A stretch of 41,716 nucleotides of DNA from Fonticula alba ATCC 38817 (taxonomy: Eukaryota; Protista; Nucleariida), in NCBI GenBank assembly GCA_000388065.2, contig KB932212.1. One strand, 5' to 3'. The number at the start of each line of letters is the position of its first letter. Positions within the stretch are counted from its first letter, which is position 1. Made by a program: the position numbers and the translations under genes. This document shows positions 22,414 to 34,051 of this stretch, one piece after another. Under the pieces are notes generated by a model. The model did not search any database and had not been told where the DNA came from. It was given only the letters and a program-made list of their open reading frames with translations.

Positions 22414-24246
22414 TCAATGGCGCGGCGCCGCCGGGCCCGATGCCAGCAGGGCATCCGGAAGATACACCCTCGACCAGTACCGAACCAGGCGCTTGGCCAG
22501 GAATTCCCAGGCCTCCTCGGCCGATTGGCACTCGCCCAGCTGGTCGGATGGGCTGTCGGTCGCCGCATGGGCCTCCGGCACAAAGTGAATGACCACGCAA
22601 TCCGTGCGCAGGAGGGCGGCGTCGCTCGGGCGCCGGCGCCAGCCCCCGCGTCCGCCGGTCCCGCGCAGGGCCGCCCGGACCAAGTGGCCGCGCTCATCCA
22701 GCAGCTCGTCGCACAACTCGCCCACCGAGCCGACAACCACGGCTGCGGTGGACCGGCGAAAGAGGGGGGGGGAGAGAGAGCACACACGTGCGCACATGCG
22801 CATGGGGCCATGTGAGTGGAGAAGGCAAACCGGCAAGGGTCGGGCACAGGAGGGCAGACTGGGGCGGGAACAAAAAAAAGGTCCAACAACATGGGCCCGC
22901 AGCCAGAGGCCAAAAAAAAAGAGGCATGGGGGGGGGGGGGCGGGGACAACCACCACCTGCCCAGCACGCACTGTAGGGGATGCCGAGCGCGCGCCGGACC
23001 AGCTTTTGCAAGTTCACACGGTGGGAGCCAAGCTGCCGGTGGACCAATGTCCCATCACAGCAGAGGGATACCGCGGAAACCCGGGGGGGGGGGGGGGCGA
23101 AAGAAAGCAAAAGAGAAAGGCATTCAGAGCCACACCCGTCAGTGAATCGACCAAAGGAGAGAGGCAAAGAGAGAGAGAGAGAGAGAGGCACAACCATGGC
23201 ACGCCCCATGCTCGCACCTGGTCAATGATGTACACCAGCTGCATGCTTTCCCGTGGGTCCGGGCTCCCGGCCAACAGGGCCGCCGTCCCCCGAGGGCCAA
23301 CCAGCCCGAGAGACCCGCCATCCGGCGACAGGGGCCCCATGCTGTCATCGCTGTCGGTGTCCACCGTCGGCAGGGTCAGGTCGGCCAGCGTGGCCGCCGA
23401 CGGGGACAGGCTCTCGGCCGAGGGGGGCCCCTGCCGGAGGAGATCCCCGGACGGGATGGCCGCAAGGGAGGCCGACACGGCCTCCGCACACCGGGGGAAC
23501 CCCGGTGCCGGGGCAAAAGCCCGGAACTGGCCCAGCGCAAAGAGCAGCTCCCCCTCGCGCACCCGGGCCCCATATGGCCGGCCATGTGCCCCGCCGGCGG
23601 CCCGAAAGATCGCCAGAGTCATCGGGTCCACCGCGGCCAGGGTGCTATTGCCGGCGCCATCGCGCCCGGCCCCGCACAGGATCAGGCTCAGCACCCGCAG
23701 CGCATAGAAACAGCCCACGGCCACGGCCCGCGGGTCCAGTGTCACCTGGTGGAAGGTGTCCACCAGGCCCCCGGCCCCGGTGGCCGGCCGCTCCAGCACC
23801 GTGTCCATGGCCGGGACGTCGGTGGGAAAGGCCCCCGCCAGTCGGCCGGTGGTGGCCAGCCTGCATGCCAAAGGGACGAGGGGGGCATAAGCCAGGAAAA
23901 GAAAGCCATCAGCAACACCATTCACCACGCCAACGCCCCCAGCTCAAGGGGGCCCGCCTCCGTTCGGTCGGCGCCCCTCTCTCTCTCTCTCTCTCGCTGG
24001 TACGCACGCTTGTAGTGGGAATCGCCGGGCCAGGCGCAGGAAAGTCCGGGCCTTGGGGGTCAGCAGCCAGGCCGGCACGGCTGCCGGCTCCGGCCGCACG
24101 CCCGGCTCCGGGGCCGGAAACTGACCGACAGAGGGCGCCAAAGAAAGTGTCAGCAATGGCGCGCGCCCGCCCGGCGTCGGGAAGGACGAAGCCAAACGCA
24201 CCCCGAAATAGAGATCAAAGTAGTCGATGTCGCGCAGCTCGGACAT
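22414..24246 (-). CDS. Multi-exon protein, probably a divergent DENN-domain (Rab GEF-like) protein
   Basis: GTGCGN donors and AG acceptors delimit the exons. DENN-like motifs appear in order: FP...AVPAWLLTP, FLFLAYAPLVPLACRL, LAAVDPMTLAIFRA, LVYIIDQ, AWEFLAKRLVRYW. One junction near 23936-23942 needs a 1-nt shift. The coding call is fairly safe; the family call is tentative. Confidence 0.5.
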
Positions 24247-25071
24247 GCTGGGGGGGGGGGGGGGGGTTGCGGCACACGGCCCGCTCAGACGCGCTCTGTA
24301 CGGAGGGCCTCGAAAGGAGTGGGAAAAGAAGGTGCGGGGGAAAGGGGCACGCGAGCGAGCGAGCGGGCGGGCGGGCAGGGGAGAGGAAGAGGGCGAGGAA
24401 GGGTGGCTGGCGTGGGACCGAAAAGCCGGGGAAGGATGATGGTGCGGTGGAGATCTCCGCCTCCACAGCCCAGGGGCGCCCCCCGACGAAGGTCCCCCGC
24501 CCGGCCTCGCATGCCCGCGCCCGCGCCCCCCCTCCCCCCCAGTACCGGCGTGCAGGCCACCCGCCGCTCGCGGCCGGGGCAGATCGCACCCAGAGGCCGG
24601 GTCCGTTGGCAGACCAGCGGCCCTGCCGCGATCCGCGCTAGTCCCCGCCGAGGCCCGGCAGGCAACGCGCCCCCCTCGCGAACGCCAGGCACCGGAAGCT
24701 CCCGCCCCGCCGCCCGCCGCACGTACACCGCCCCCGGATGCGCACGCGCTCGCACACACATGAAGGCCAGTGGGGCCGTTCGAAATTACCCGCGTACCGT
24801 GGACAGCCCCCTGCGCCCCCCCCCCCTTCCACTGTCTCCTCCTCCTCCCCCTTTTCCGCCTCCCCCCTTCCCGCCGAAAAAGCGCTCCCTGCACGCGCGT
24901 GCGCCTGTGCGCTCTCCTCGCCGACCCCCTGTCCCCGCTCCCCGCGCCCCGCCCCTCCCCCTCCTCTCCCTCCTCCTCCTCTCCTTCCGCCCCTCCACCC
25001 GACCCCCGGTCCCGAGGAAGAAGGCCCCAACAAGGGCGAGGCTGCCCGCCAGTGAGAGACGCCCAGCGGCC

Positions 25072-26967
25072 ATGAGCAACATGAACGAGCCCTATCGCGA
25101 GAGCGACCTCTCGAAGATCCGCTGGTCAAACCCGATGTTCTTCCGCGAGCACGAGCCCCTGCCGCCGCCCGGGCCACCGCCCCCCGTGTCCACGGACATG
25201 CCATCGTCGAATGTGGTGCTGACGAACTTCCGCTTCGACACCGGCGCGGCCGCGGCCCCGGGCGCCATGCCGGAGGCCGGCATGCTCAACCCCGACGTGG
25301 CCGCTGCCCTGCCCACCCTCCCCCGGAACCTGGTCATGCCCTACTTCCAAACCTCCCCCTTCTATGACGCCGGCTGCCGCAATGAACAGATCCGCAACCA
25401 GCGCATTGGCGACCCGCTGGCCCAGGCCGCCATGCGCCGGCTCCCCAACGGCCGAGTCAACGTCCCGGCCGTCATGGAGCTGGACCAGGTCATTTCCACT
25501 GACCTGGAGTGCGTCCTGCTGCCATATCCCCCTCTCCGCCTTTTCCCCTCTCTCTCCCTCTGGCCTCCTGGCTCCCGGCCCCGCTGGGCTCGCCATGCTT
25601 CCTCACCGGCGCTGACCCCCCCCCCCCNNNNNNNNNNNNNNNNNNNNNNNNNNNNNNNNNNNNNNNNNNNNNCCCCCCCCCCTGGCCCTGAACCCCTTGC
25701 TCACCCCTCCGTCTCTCCCTCTCCCGCTCCTTCCTTGCGCATGGTCAGTCGTCCCTCTGTCCTATTTCTACATCATCGGGGCCGACATCTACCCAGCGCC
25801 CTCGCTGAAGGCCGTCATCCAGATGCGTGTTGTGCGTGTGCTCCTCCCCCGGCCTCTCGTCCCCCCTTCGTCGACGACCCTCGCTCACACGGCTCTCCCC
25901 TCCCCCACGCCGCCGGCCACTTCACAAAGAGCTCCGCGATCAATGCCTTCTCCGAGGCCCACCGTCGGGCGTCGGCCTACGTGGGCTTCACCCCGGAGCG
26001 CGGCACCTTCTGGGCCCCGCCCTTCATGCTGTCCAAGCGCCTGCCGGCCACCGCCGACACGGAGGGCGCCGGCCGGCCCGGGATCGGCGCCAGCTACAGC
26101 GATATGGACTCCGACTCCGACTCCGACTCCGACTCCGACTCCGACTCCGACTCCGATGCCGCTTCTGGACCCGCCTCCGACTCCGGCGGGCCATCCAGTG
26201 ATGCTCGCGACTCGGATGCTGGCGCCGGCCCCGACCAGGACAAGCCCAGTACGCTCATGGCCCTTCGCCCACCCGCCTCCCCGGACATCACCCATGTTCC
26301 CCTGCCCCGGCTGCCTGTGCCCGGCACTGACACCCCCCCCCCCCCCCCTTGCCCCCACGCGCACACAACCAAACCAGCTCCCACGGGCACCGAGGAGCCT
26401 TCCAAGCCCGACATCGAGCCCGCCAGCCCGGAAAAGCCCCCCGGCTCGGAGTCCGACGACTCGGACACCGACGTCGGCTTCGCCCCGCACGACATCACCC
26501 TCCCCTATCCGGACCTGTCGTTCACCCTCTACTCGATGATCGTGCCCGAGCTGAATACCCCCGCCGCGCCGACGGCCTTCGGCGACTGGCTCCGATCATC
26601 GGTGATCACCTCTTCACAATCGCTGGCCGGCAACTTGCCCGACGGCTCGGGCAGCAGCGCCGGCGGCAGCACCGCCGTCGGGACGCCGCATCTCTCGACA
26701 GCCGGGTCGCCGATCCTCGGCACCGGTGGCCCCGCCTCGGTGGCCGCCAGCTCGTCGCTCCCCTCGCCGGTGGTCCTCTCGTCGCCCCTGTCCCGAAGCG
26801 CGCCCCCGATGCCGGCCCCATCTGCCGGGCCGTCCTCCGCCCCCGGGACTGGGCCCGCCTCGCCGGGGCTCGGCTCTGCTGCGGGCCCGGCCTCGGCCTC
26901 GGCCTCGGCCGCCATGCCCCCGATGCCGCCCATGCCGCCGCATTTGCAACTCCCACCCATGCCCCCG

Positions 26968-27008
<41 letters not shown>

Positions 27009-27258
27009 ACCGATCGCCCGGTCCCCGTCCCATGCCGACCCGGGCTCCGCCCCGGCCGACGCGGGCCTCTCCCTCGGCGACCTGCCGCCGCCGCCGTCCT
27101 TCGACCTCCCCCCCCTGCCGGCCAGCCTGTCAGACCCGGCCAGCCGCGGGTCCTTCTCCGTCCCCTCCAGTGTGCCCGCCTCCCCGTCCAAGCGTCGGCT
27201 TGACAGCGACGGCCACCTGCCCGAGGGGTCGCCCAGCCCGAAGTTCCCCCGGCTCTGA
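25072..27258 (+). CDS. MED6: Mediator subunit 6 with a long low-complexity C-terminal tail
   Basis: DLSKIRWSNP, NLVMPYFQTSPFYDAGCRNEQ, PLSYFYIIGADIYPAPSLKAVIQMR and FTPERGTFW are MED6 motifs in order. The last exon is 25930-27258. Confidence 0.9.
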
Positions 27259-27627
27259 GGCAGTCTCCCAGCCGGCCGGCCGGCCGGCCCGCCCGTCCGC
27301 CCGGACACAGGACACACGGCACCGCGCCGGACCGGGACAAATAGCCACACCCCACCAACACATGACCCTTCTTCTTTCCGTGTCTTTTTTCCCCACCCCC
27401 TCCTCCGTCGCATACACGACCGGCCTCGCGGGCAAGGGGCCCTCTCTGCTTCGGGTCTGCTTCGGGTGTGCCCCCCACGGCCGCACCTCTGGCCCGATTG
27501 CCTCCTCCGCCTCCTCCGCCCCCTCCGCCCCCTCCGCCTCCTCCGCCTCCTCCGCCTCCTCCTTGCCCTCACCCCGTGGCAAACCAACAACACTTGTTCC
27601 CCAGACGGCCCGCCTCCCCCAAGAGAC

Positions 27628-27699
27628 GTGGATATCGTATAGTGGTTAGTATAAGTGGTTGTGGCCCACTCGGCCCCAGTTCGATTCTGGGTATCCACA
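27628..27699 (+). tRNA. tRNA-His: tRNA-His(GTG)
   Basis: 72-nt cloverleaf GTGGATA/TATCCAC, anticodon stem AGTGG/CCACT, loop TTGTGGC, T-loop TTCGATT, T4 at 27706-27709. G-1 is not encoded, as is normal for eukaryotes (added by Thg1). Confidence 0.96.
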
Positions 27700-28053
27700 C
27701 TTGCATTTTGCGCCCCGGCCAAACGCCAAGTGGCGTCTCCGCCCGCCGAGGCTTTCCTCCGCGCGCGCCCCCCCCCCCCTCCTCTTGTACCCCCTTTTGC
27801 TCACCGACATGCAAAGATCCTTCATGAAGTGTATTGTCCCTCACAGAGGGACGCGCCCGGGAGGCAGGCCTCCCCATAACCATAACCTCCCCAGCAGGGG
27901 CACATATAGGGAAAGGACCCAGCTGGAGGGGGGGGGGAGGAACAAGCAACAAGGGGAAAGAGGCACCGAGCCATGCTCCGGTGTGGAGAGGAGTGGGGAG
28001 AAAAAAAGCCCGGGACACGGGACGAGAGAAGGCGGCGCCACCGTCGGCAGCAC

Positions 28054-31000
28054 TCACTGGGGCACCACAGCGGACTGGCTGGCCGCCACCAGACGACGCA
28101 GGTCGTCCAAGTTCTGCGGCGACAGGGCCTCCGCGCCGACGGTGTCAGCCCCGCCCCCGGCCGTGGACCCGGCCGAGAAGCTGGTACACAAGACCGACAC
28201 GGTCGGCTGGTCCTGGTGAATGTCCAACAACCCGCGGCCATAGATGCCGGCGATGGCGGCCACCGCCGCGCCCACACCCCGGGCCAGGTCGGCACATGTA
28301 TCGGCGATGACCCGCTCGGCCGCCGGCATCCGCCGGGGGTGAGCCCGCGCCACCGCCCGGGTCAGCTGCACCAAGCCGCGCTGCAGATCCATCAACGCAT
28401 TCAGCATGGGGATGAGCTGCCCGGCACGGACGCTGGCTCCGCGAGGGTCCTCCTCGCGCGCATGCGTCACACCCAACTGCAGGATCTCGGCGCCCAGCTG
28501 CACGAAGGCCGCATGGTGGTACAGCGCCTCGATGAGTTCCAGCGCCGCGGCCGGCGACCCGCCGCCGGCGCCACCCGCCCCGCGCGGGCCCAGGTGCCGC
28601 CGGAGCTCGCCCACCGCCGCCGCCACCGGGCTCTGGCCGGACGACAGCCCAGCCAGCCGGTCCAGGGCCATAGTCTGCCCGAGAGCGTCGACCACCGGGC
28701 ACATACCCCGCCCCGTCCCGCGCCCCCCCCCCGAGCAAAGTCAGCATCCGATGCACAGGCAGCCCCACGGAACAAAGGCCCATGGAAGAAGGGGAAAGGG
28801 AAGAACACGCACCAGCAACTCGACATAGGTGATGGGAGGGCGCGGCGCCGTGCTCACGACCTTCGGAGCCGCGGCCGTCGACGACGACATCGGCCCGGCC
28901 GAATCCGCCCCCGGGCCCGAGCCGGCCAGGCTGGCCGCCTTGCCCGACAGGATGGACGGCACAGCGAGCGGCCGGTCGCCCTGCCGGGAGGCGGCCCCAG
29001 GCACGGCCGCCGCCCCGGCCGCCACCATGCCCACGTCGGCCGCCTCGCCGAAGTCGGCGGCCGTCGGCGGGATGAAGGCCCAGCGAAGGGCCGCACGCAG
29101 GGCCCCCACCAGGCTGTCGGCCGCGCGGCTCAGCCGCCCAACGTGATCCGCCAGATCCGGATCCACCGGCTGCCCGGTCGCCGCCGGGCCACTCGCCAGG
29201 GCGCCGCCACCGGCGGCCCGGCGACGGGGCCCCCCGCGCGCGCTCGCATGCGAGTCCAACACCGCCCGGCGGCTCTCCGGGAAGAGCCGATTCAGGCCAC
29301 CGGCCGCCGGGGCGCCGGACGCCCCGAAGCCCATGGCCGGCAGCTCGGCCGCAAGATGGCCCCCACGCCCGGCAGCCTGGTAGAAAGCCGCATAGGGACC
29401 CAGCTCCTGGGTCACCTCCCGCAGGTACGCCAACAACGGCCGCACCACGCCCACCGTCCACAAAGTGGCCACCGTGGAGGGAGCATGAGCCGAGGCGGCG
29501 CCGGTCACCGCGCCCGGGCCGGCGGTCCCCTCCGGCAGCAGCAGCTGCGAGAAGAGGGCCGCCCGCCGGGGCCCGGCCACCCGCAGGAGATTGCGCAGCT
29601 CCAGCAGCGACGTCCGCCGGACCGTGGCCGAGGGATGCTGCAGCGCCGCCACCAGACTCTCATTGCGGCGGGGCGCGCCAGCCGGACAAGACACCAATTG
29701 GGTGCCGGCCGCGGCCGACAGCCGCCCCGGCCGCGACAGCCCGCGGCCCACGCCAAACAGCCCGCCCACCGCCTGTGACACCCGATGGGCCAGGTCGCGC
29801 GGCGCGTCGGTCACCCAGCTGGACAGGGCCGTGTAGGTGGGCGTCAGCCGGCGATCATGCCGCACCGAGCCCGACCCCCCGAGGCCGCGATACCCCAGCC
29901 CGCCGCCATACAGGCCGCTCGGCTGGTGGAAGCCCCGGTGATGGGAGAACGCCCCATACCCCGGGGACATGGCGTGCGACCCGGCCCCCGGAGCCCCGCC
30001 GACCCAGCCGCCGGACGACATTCCGTACCGCGGCCCGGCCGCCTGCGAAGAGGCCGCCAGCGAGAAGGCCCCGCCGCCGGGGAAGTCCCCAAGCCCGGGC
30101 CCGGCCCCGAAGGCCGACGGGAGGGATCCCGATCCGACCCCCGGCCGAACGGCCCCGGCCCCGGGGGCCGTCGCATTCGCCGATGCCGTGGCCACGGCCG
30201 CGCTCGCTGCCGCCGGCCGGCCCATCTCCACCGAGGAAATCCCCGGCGCCAGGCCGAACAAATGCTCCAGCAGGAAGAGCGGCCCCCAGCGGGTGCCCAG
30301 CCACACGGCAAAGAGAATCACCGACACCCGTGCCACGAAGCCGGTCACGAGGGCCGCATCGCCCAGGAAGGTGGACCTGCTCATGGTTCAGGCCGCCCAT
30401 GGGGGAAAGAGACCGGGAGGGGGGGGGGGGGGGGGGAGGGGGGGTTGGGGCCGAATCAACGTCAGGACAAAGAAGCCCGCCGGGACGACCGGAACAAGTG
30501 CCCAATCCGACAGACATGCCACAGCTCCATGCCAGTCGGGAGGCCGGCGATCGGCCTGCCCATGCCCTTTCAAGCGCACAGGAGAGGGAGACAGGGGGAG
30601 AGGGGGGGGGGAGGGGAGAAGCAAAAAGAAGACACCCTGGACGCACTCATCCGAATTGATGTGATAGAACCAGGCAAAGAGCAGCAGCGGCGCCAGCAGC
30701 CCGAGACCCAGGCGCCCGGCAGACCAGAAGGCCTGCAGGGCCCCACGCTGGGCCGCCGAACGCAGGGCACACAGGAAGGGAGTCGAGGCATCAGCCCCGG
30801 CCGGCAGGACGGACGGCACCAAAGTCAACGAGTGCGACGCGTCATCGGCGCCCGGGGCGCCGGACGGCATGGCGCCATCCCGGCCAGCAGGGCACCCGCC
30901 GGCCGGGCCGGGCGGCTGCAGGTTGATCAGACGCCCGGCCGCGCACAGCCACCCAAGTGCCCAGGAACCCAAGCACTTACAAGGNNNNNNNNNNNNNNNN

Positions 31001-32849
31001 NNNNNNNNNNNNNNNNNCCGGCCGGCAGGACGGACGGCACCAAAGTCAACGAGTGCGACGCGTCATCGGCGCCCGGGGCGCCGGACGGCATGGCGCCATC
31101 CCGGCCAGCAGGGCACCCGCCGGCCGGGCCGGGCGGCTGCAGGTTGATCAGACGCCCGGCCGCGCACAGCCACCCAAGTGCCCAGGAACCCAAGCACCGG
31201 GTGGGGGCCTTCTTGCCGGGCCCAGAAGACTTGAGCCCCACGCCGAACCCCAGCGAGGGGGCCATATTCAGCGGCGACCGCAACGTCCGCACCAGCGGCA
31301 TGATGACCAGCGCGTCGGAGGCCGACGCGAGATCGGAAGAGCGTCGTGCACGCCGAACCCCAGCGAGGGGGCCATATTCAGCGGCGACCGCAACGTCCGC
31401 ACCAGCGGCATGATGACCAGCGCGTCGGAGGCCGACGCGCCCACCGGGGCACTGGGCACCGTCGGCAACAGGCGCCCATCGGCCCCGGGCCCGGCCGGCC
31501 AGGCGAAGGCCGGCGGCAGGAAGGCCGACACCGCGCCGCATGCGATGGCCGCCGCGGCCATGACCACGGCCGAGAAGCTGGCCACCACGGCGAGCGCCAA
31601 AGTGGCAAGGGGATATGAGTGTCAGGGGGGGGGGGGGGAGGCGCAGGGCAAGCATCAGGAGACCCGGCAAATCGGCCAGGCCCAGGGAGGTGGGGAACGC
31701 ACTCGGCGAGAATCGCAATGCTGGCCGCCAGAATCGAGGCCCAAAAGAGGCGAGCCATCCAGGAATTCAGCTTGCGGTGGGTGTATGCTGTGTGTGTTGC
31801 CGGGAGGGGGGAAGAGGCGGAGGGGGGAGCAGCAACAGAGACCGAGGAAGAGTGGGCGGAGAGACCAGCAGGATGGAGGGCGAGCCGCGGGGCAAACGCA
31901 AACAGGCGCAGAGACCAGGACAGAACCCATGAAAGGCAGGGGCGAGGGAGAGAGAGAGAGAAAGAGAGAGGGTCAGACGGGAGGAGGGGCGGCGGAAAAA
32001 AAAACACCGACCAGACGCACCAGACACATTGCTCCGCGTGACCGAGGTGCTGCTCGGGATCGCGCACAACAGGTGCGTCAGGATGCGCGCCGCGATCGAC
32101 GCCAGTGCGGCGGTCGTCAACAGCAGAGCCGCCAGCCCCGGCATGCCGGCCAGAGCCCGCGCCCAGGCCAGGAGCGGGTTGTCCAGCGACCGTGGCGCCA
32201 GTGCGAGCACCGCCGCGGCGCCCGGGTCAAGCCCCTCGGGCCCCGCGCCGGTCGGCAGATGGCAGACCACCGACAGCAGCGCCAGCCCGAAGGAGCCCAC
32301 CGCCGCCAGGTACCCCGCCTGCCGGGATACCGTGCGCACATACTTCCGCCGGACGGCCTTCAGCACCAGGGCATATTCGGCGCCAGGGTCGGCCGGGGGC
32401 ATTGCCGGCACGGGAGCCACCCCGCCGGACCCAGCGGCCGAGCGCATCCCGGGCCCTGACGACGCCCCGAGCGCATAGCCCCCTGGGCGGTAGTCCGTGG
32501 CGCCGGCACCCGAGGAGGCCGATGCTCGCGGTACGTCGTATGCGCCGCCGCCGCCGCCGCCGGTGCTACCACCGCCGGTGTTGGACATCGGGCCGCTCGA
32601 GCCGTAGTATGACCCGCCAGCCGTCGACGGAAGGGGCGAGTGCGAGTAGCCGCCGAAGCCCGGCCCGGAGGACAGGCTGCCACCGCTGCCGCCGCCGCCG
32701 CCGCCGCCGCCACCGCCGCCAGAGCCATAAAAGAAGCCCTGGCCGCTGACCGGCTGGGAAGAACCGAAACCGGAGGAGACTCCCAGCGATGCGGGGTACC
32801 CCGAAGGCGACAGCAGCCGGTCGGCATGCGGGAACCCGGACGTGGCCAT
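28054..32849 (-). CDS. NDC1: Transmembrane nucleoporin NDC1, 5 coding exons, about 1232 aa once artefactual duplications are removed
   Basis: Exons 32849-32021, 31787-31703, 31577-30647 (minus 331 duplicated nt), 30376-28813 and 28674-28054 total 3699 nt with consistent phases. N-terminal TM helices, then ESLVAALQ...RTSLLELRNL...RRAALFS and AREEDPRGASV..IPMLNALMDL, matching recalled NDC1 C-domain motifs. Confidence 0.8.
31018..31197. repeat. Duplicate of 30797-30976 across a 33-N gap; probable assembly artefact
   Basis: Exact 180-bp copy flanking the gap 30985-31017. Removing it restores the NDC1 frame. Confidence 0.85.
31330..31348 (+). other. Illumina TruSeq adapter remnant between two 91-bp direct copies (31239-31329 and 31349-31439)
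   Basis: AGATCGGAAGAGCGTCGTG is the start of the TruSeq read-2 adapter. It yields the adapter peptides RRSSDL and HDALPI in the ORF track. Confidence 0.95.
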
Positions 32850-33851
32850 TGCCGTGGACCTGCCGAAGACGGGGGGGGGGGGGGGGGAGAGCGGCGGCGA
32901 AGACCAAAGGAGGTGAGGAGACACCCTCCGGAAGCCGAGAAAGCGAGGGGAGGAGGGGCAGGGGGCCGCGGAGAAGCCAGCAAACGCGCGCGATGGGGGG
33001 AGGGGGGAGGCAGGAGCGAGAGAAAGAGAGGGAGAGGAAGACAGGCGAGGAGGAGGAGGAGGAGGAGAGAGTAGGGAGATCGATGCTGGGTGGGTCTCCG
33101 GTACTCGGGGGAGGCGGCACGCCTCTATGGTCTGGGGGTCCGGCGGAAAAATCAGCCCGCATCCCTGCGCGCAGGTTTAGAGCCTAAATCCCCCCTCCCG
33201 CGAGTGTGAAGAGGGAATGCCAAACCCGGCGGGAGGGCGCAGCGCCAGCCGCGAGGGGAGGCACCAAGGAGGGGAACACGGCCCGGGATGTGGCCAGAGC
33301 CCCCCCGGGCGGGGTGGATCACCGTCGCCCGCGCGCGCGCGCATGAGCGCACGGCTCCCCCCACCCGGCCTCGCGAACAGGCCAGAAGGGAGACCCGCCG
33401 CCGGACGCGCCAGTGGACAAGCCCCGAGAGTGGGCAGTTCGGCCTGGGCGCGCAGCCACCTTTTCCGCCGAGACGCCGCCGCGCGGGGCCAGGCCAGCGC
33501 GGCAGGAGGAGGCCAAGAAGCCGACGCGCCGCCAAATGTCCGGGCTCCTGTGCCGTGCGAAAACCCACGGAATCGGATCGTCTCCCGGGCCTCGCGCCAC
33601 CGGCCCGGAGAGAACGGCCGCCCCACGCCCGGCAACACCGCCCGACGATGGAGCGCCGGGCGTGCTAGATCGCGAAGCGCTGGCACATCGATGCCGCGTC
33701 TTGTTTTGTAGAACGCTAGAAGTGGCATTCCGTTCTGGAACTGCCACACCGTTGACGGACGGAGATCCGCCGCCATTTGTCCCGGCTCCCAGGGCCAGGG
33801 CAGCCCCGTTGGGCGTGTCGGCTGTCTTCCACGGTGGGCGCGCGGGAGGGT

Positions 33852-33885
<34 letters not shown>

Positions 33886-33915
33886 CGGGGGGGGGGGGCG
33901 GGGGGGGCCAGGGGG

Positions 33916-33965
<50 letters not shown>

Positions 33966-33997
33966 GGCGGGGGGGGCGGGGGGGGGGGGGGGGGGGG

Positions 33998-34048
<51 letters not shown>
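33852..34048. repeat. About 200-nt near-pure poly-G tract (poly-C on the minus strand)
   Basis: Seen directly, with few interruptions. Its length may be unreliable. Confidence 0.9.

Positions 34049-34051
<3 letters not shown>

Noticed and set aside
22414-23240. Degenerate response-regulator receiver domain (LVYIIDQ...DCVVIHF)
   Set aside because: The phosphoacceptor Asp and Lys-Pro are missing, and the DENN reading explains more motifs in order.
31239-31439. CRISPR-like repeat-spacer-repeat or real tandem duplication
   Set aside because: The spacer is an Illumina adapter and the repeats are NDC1 coding sequence.
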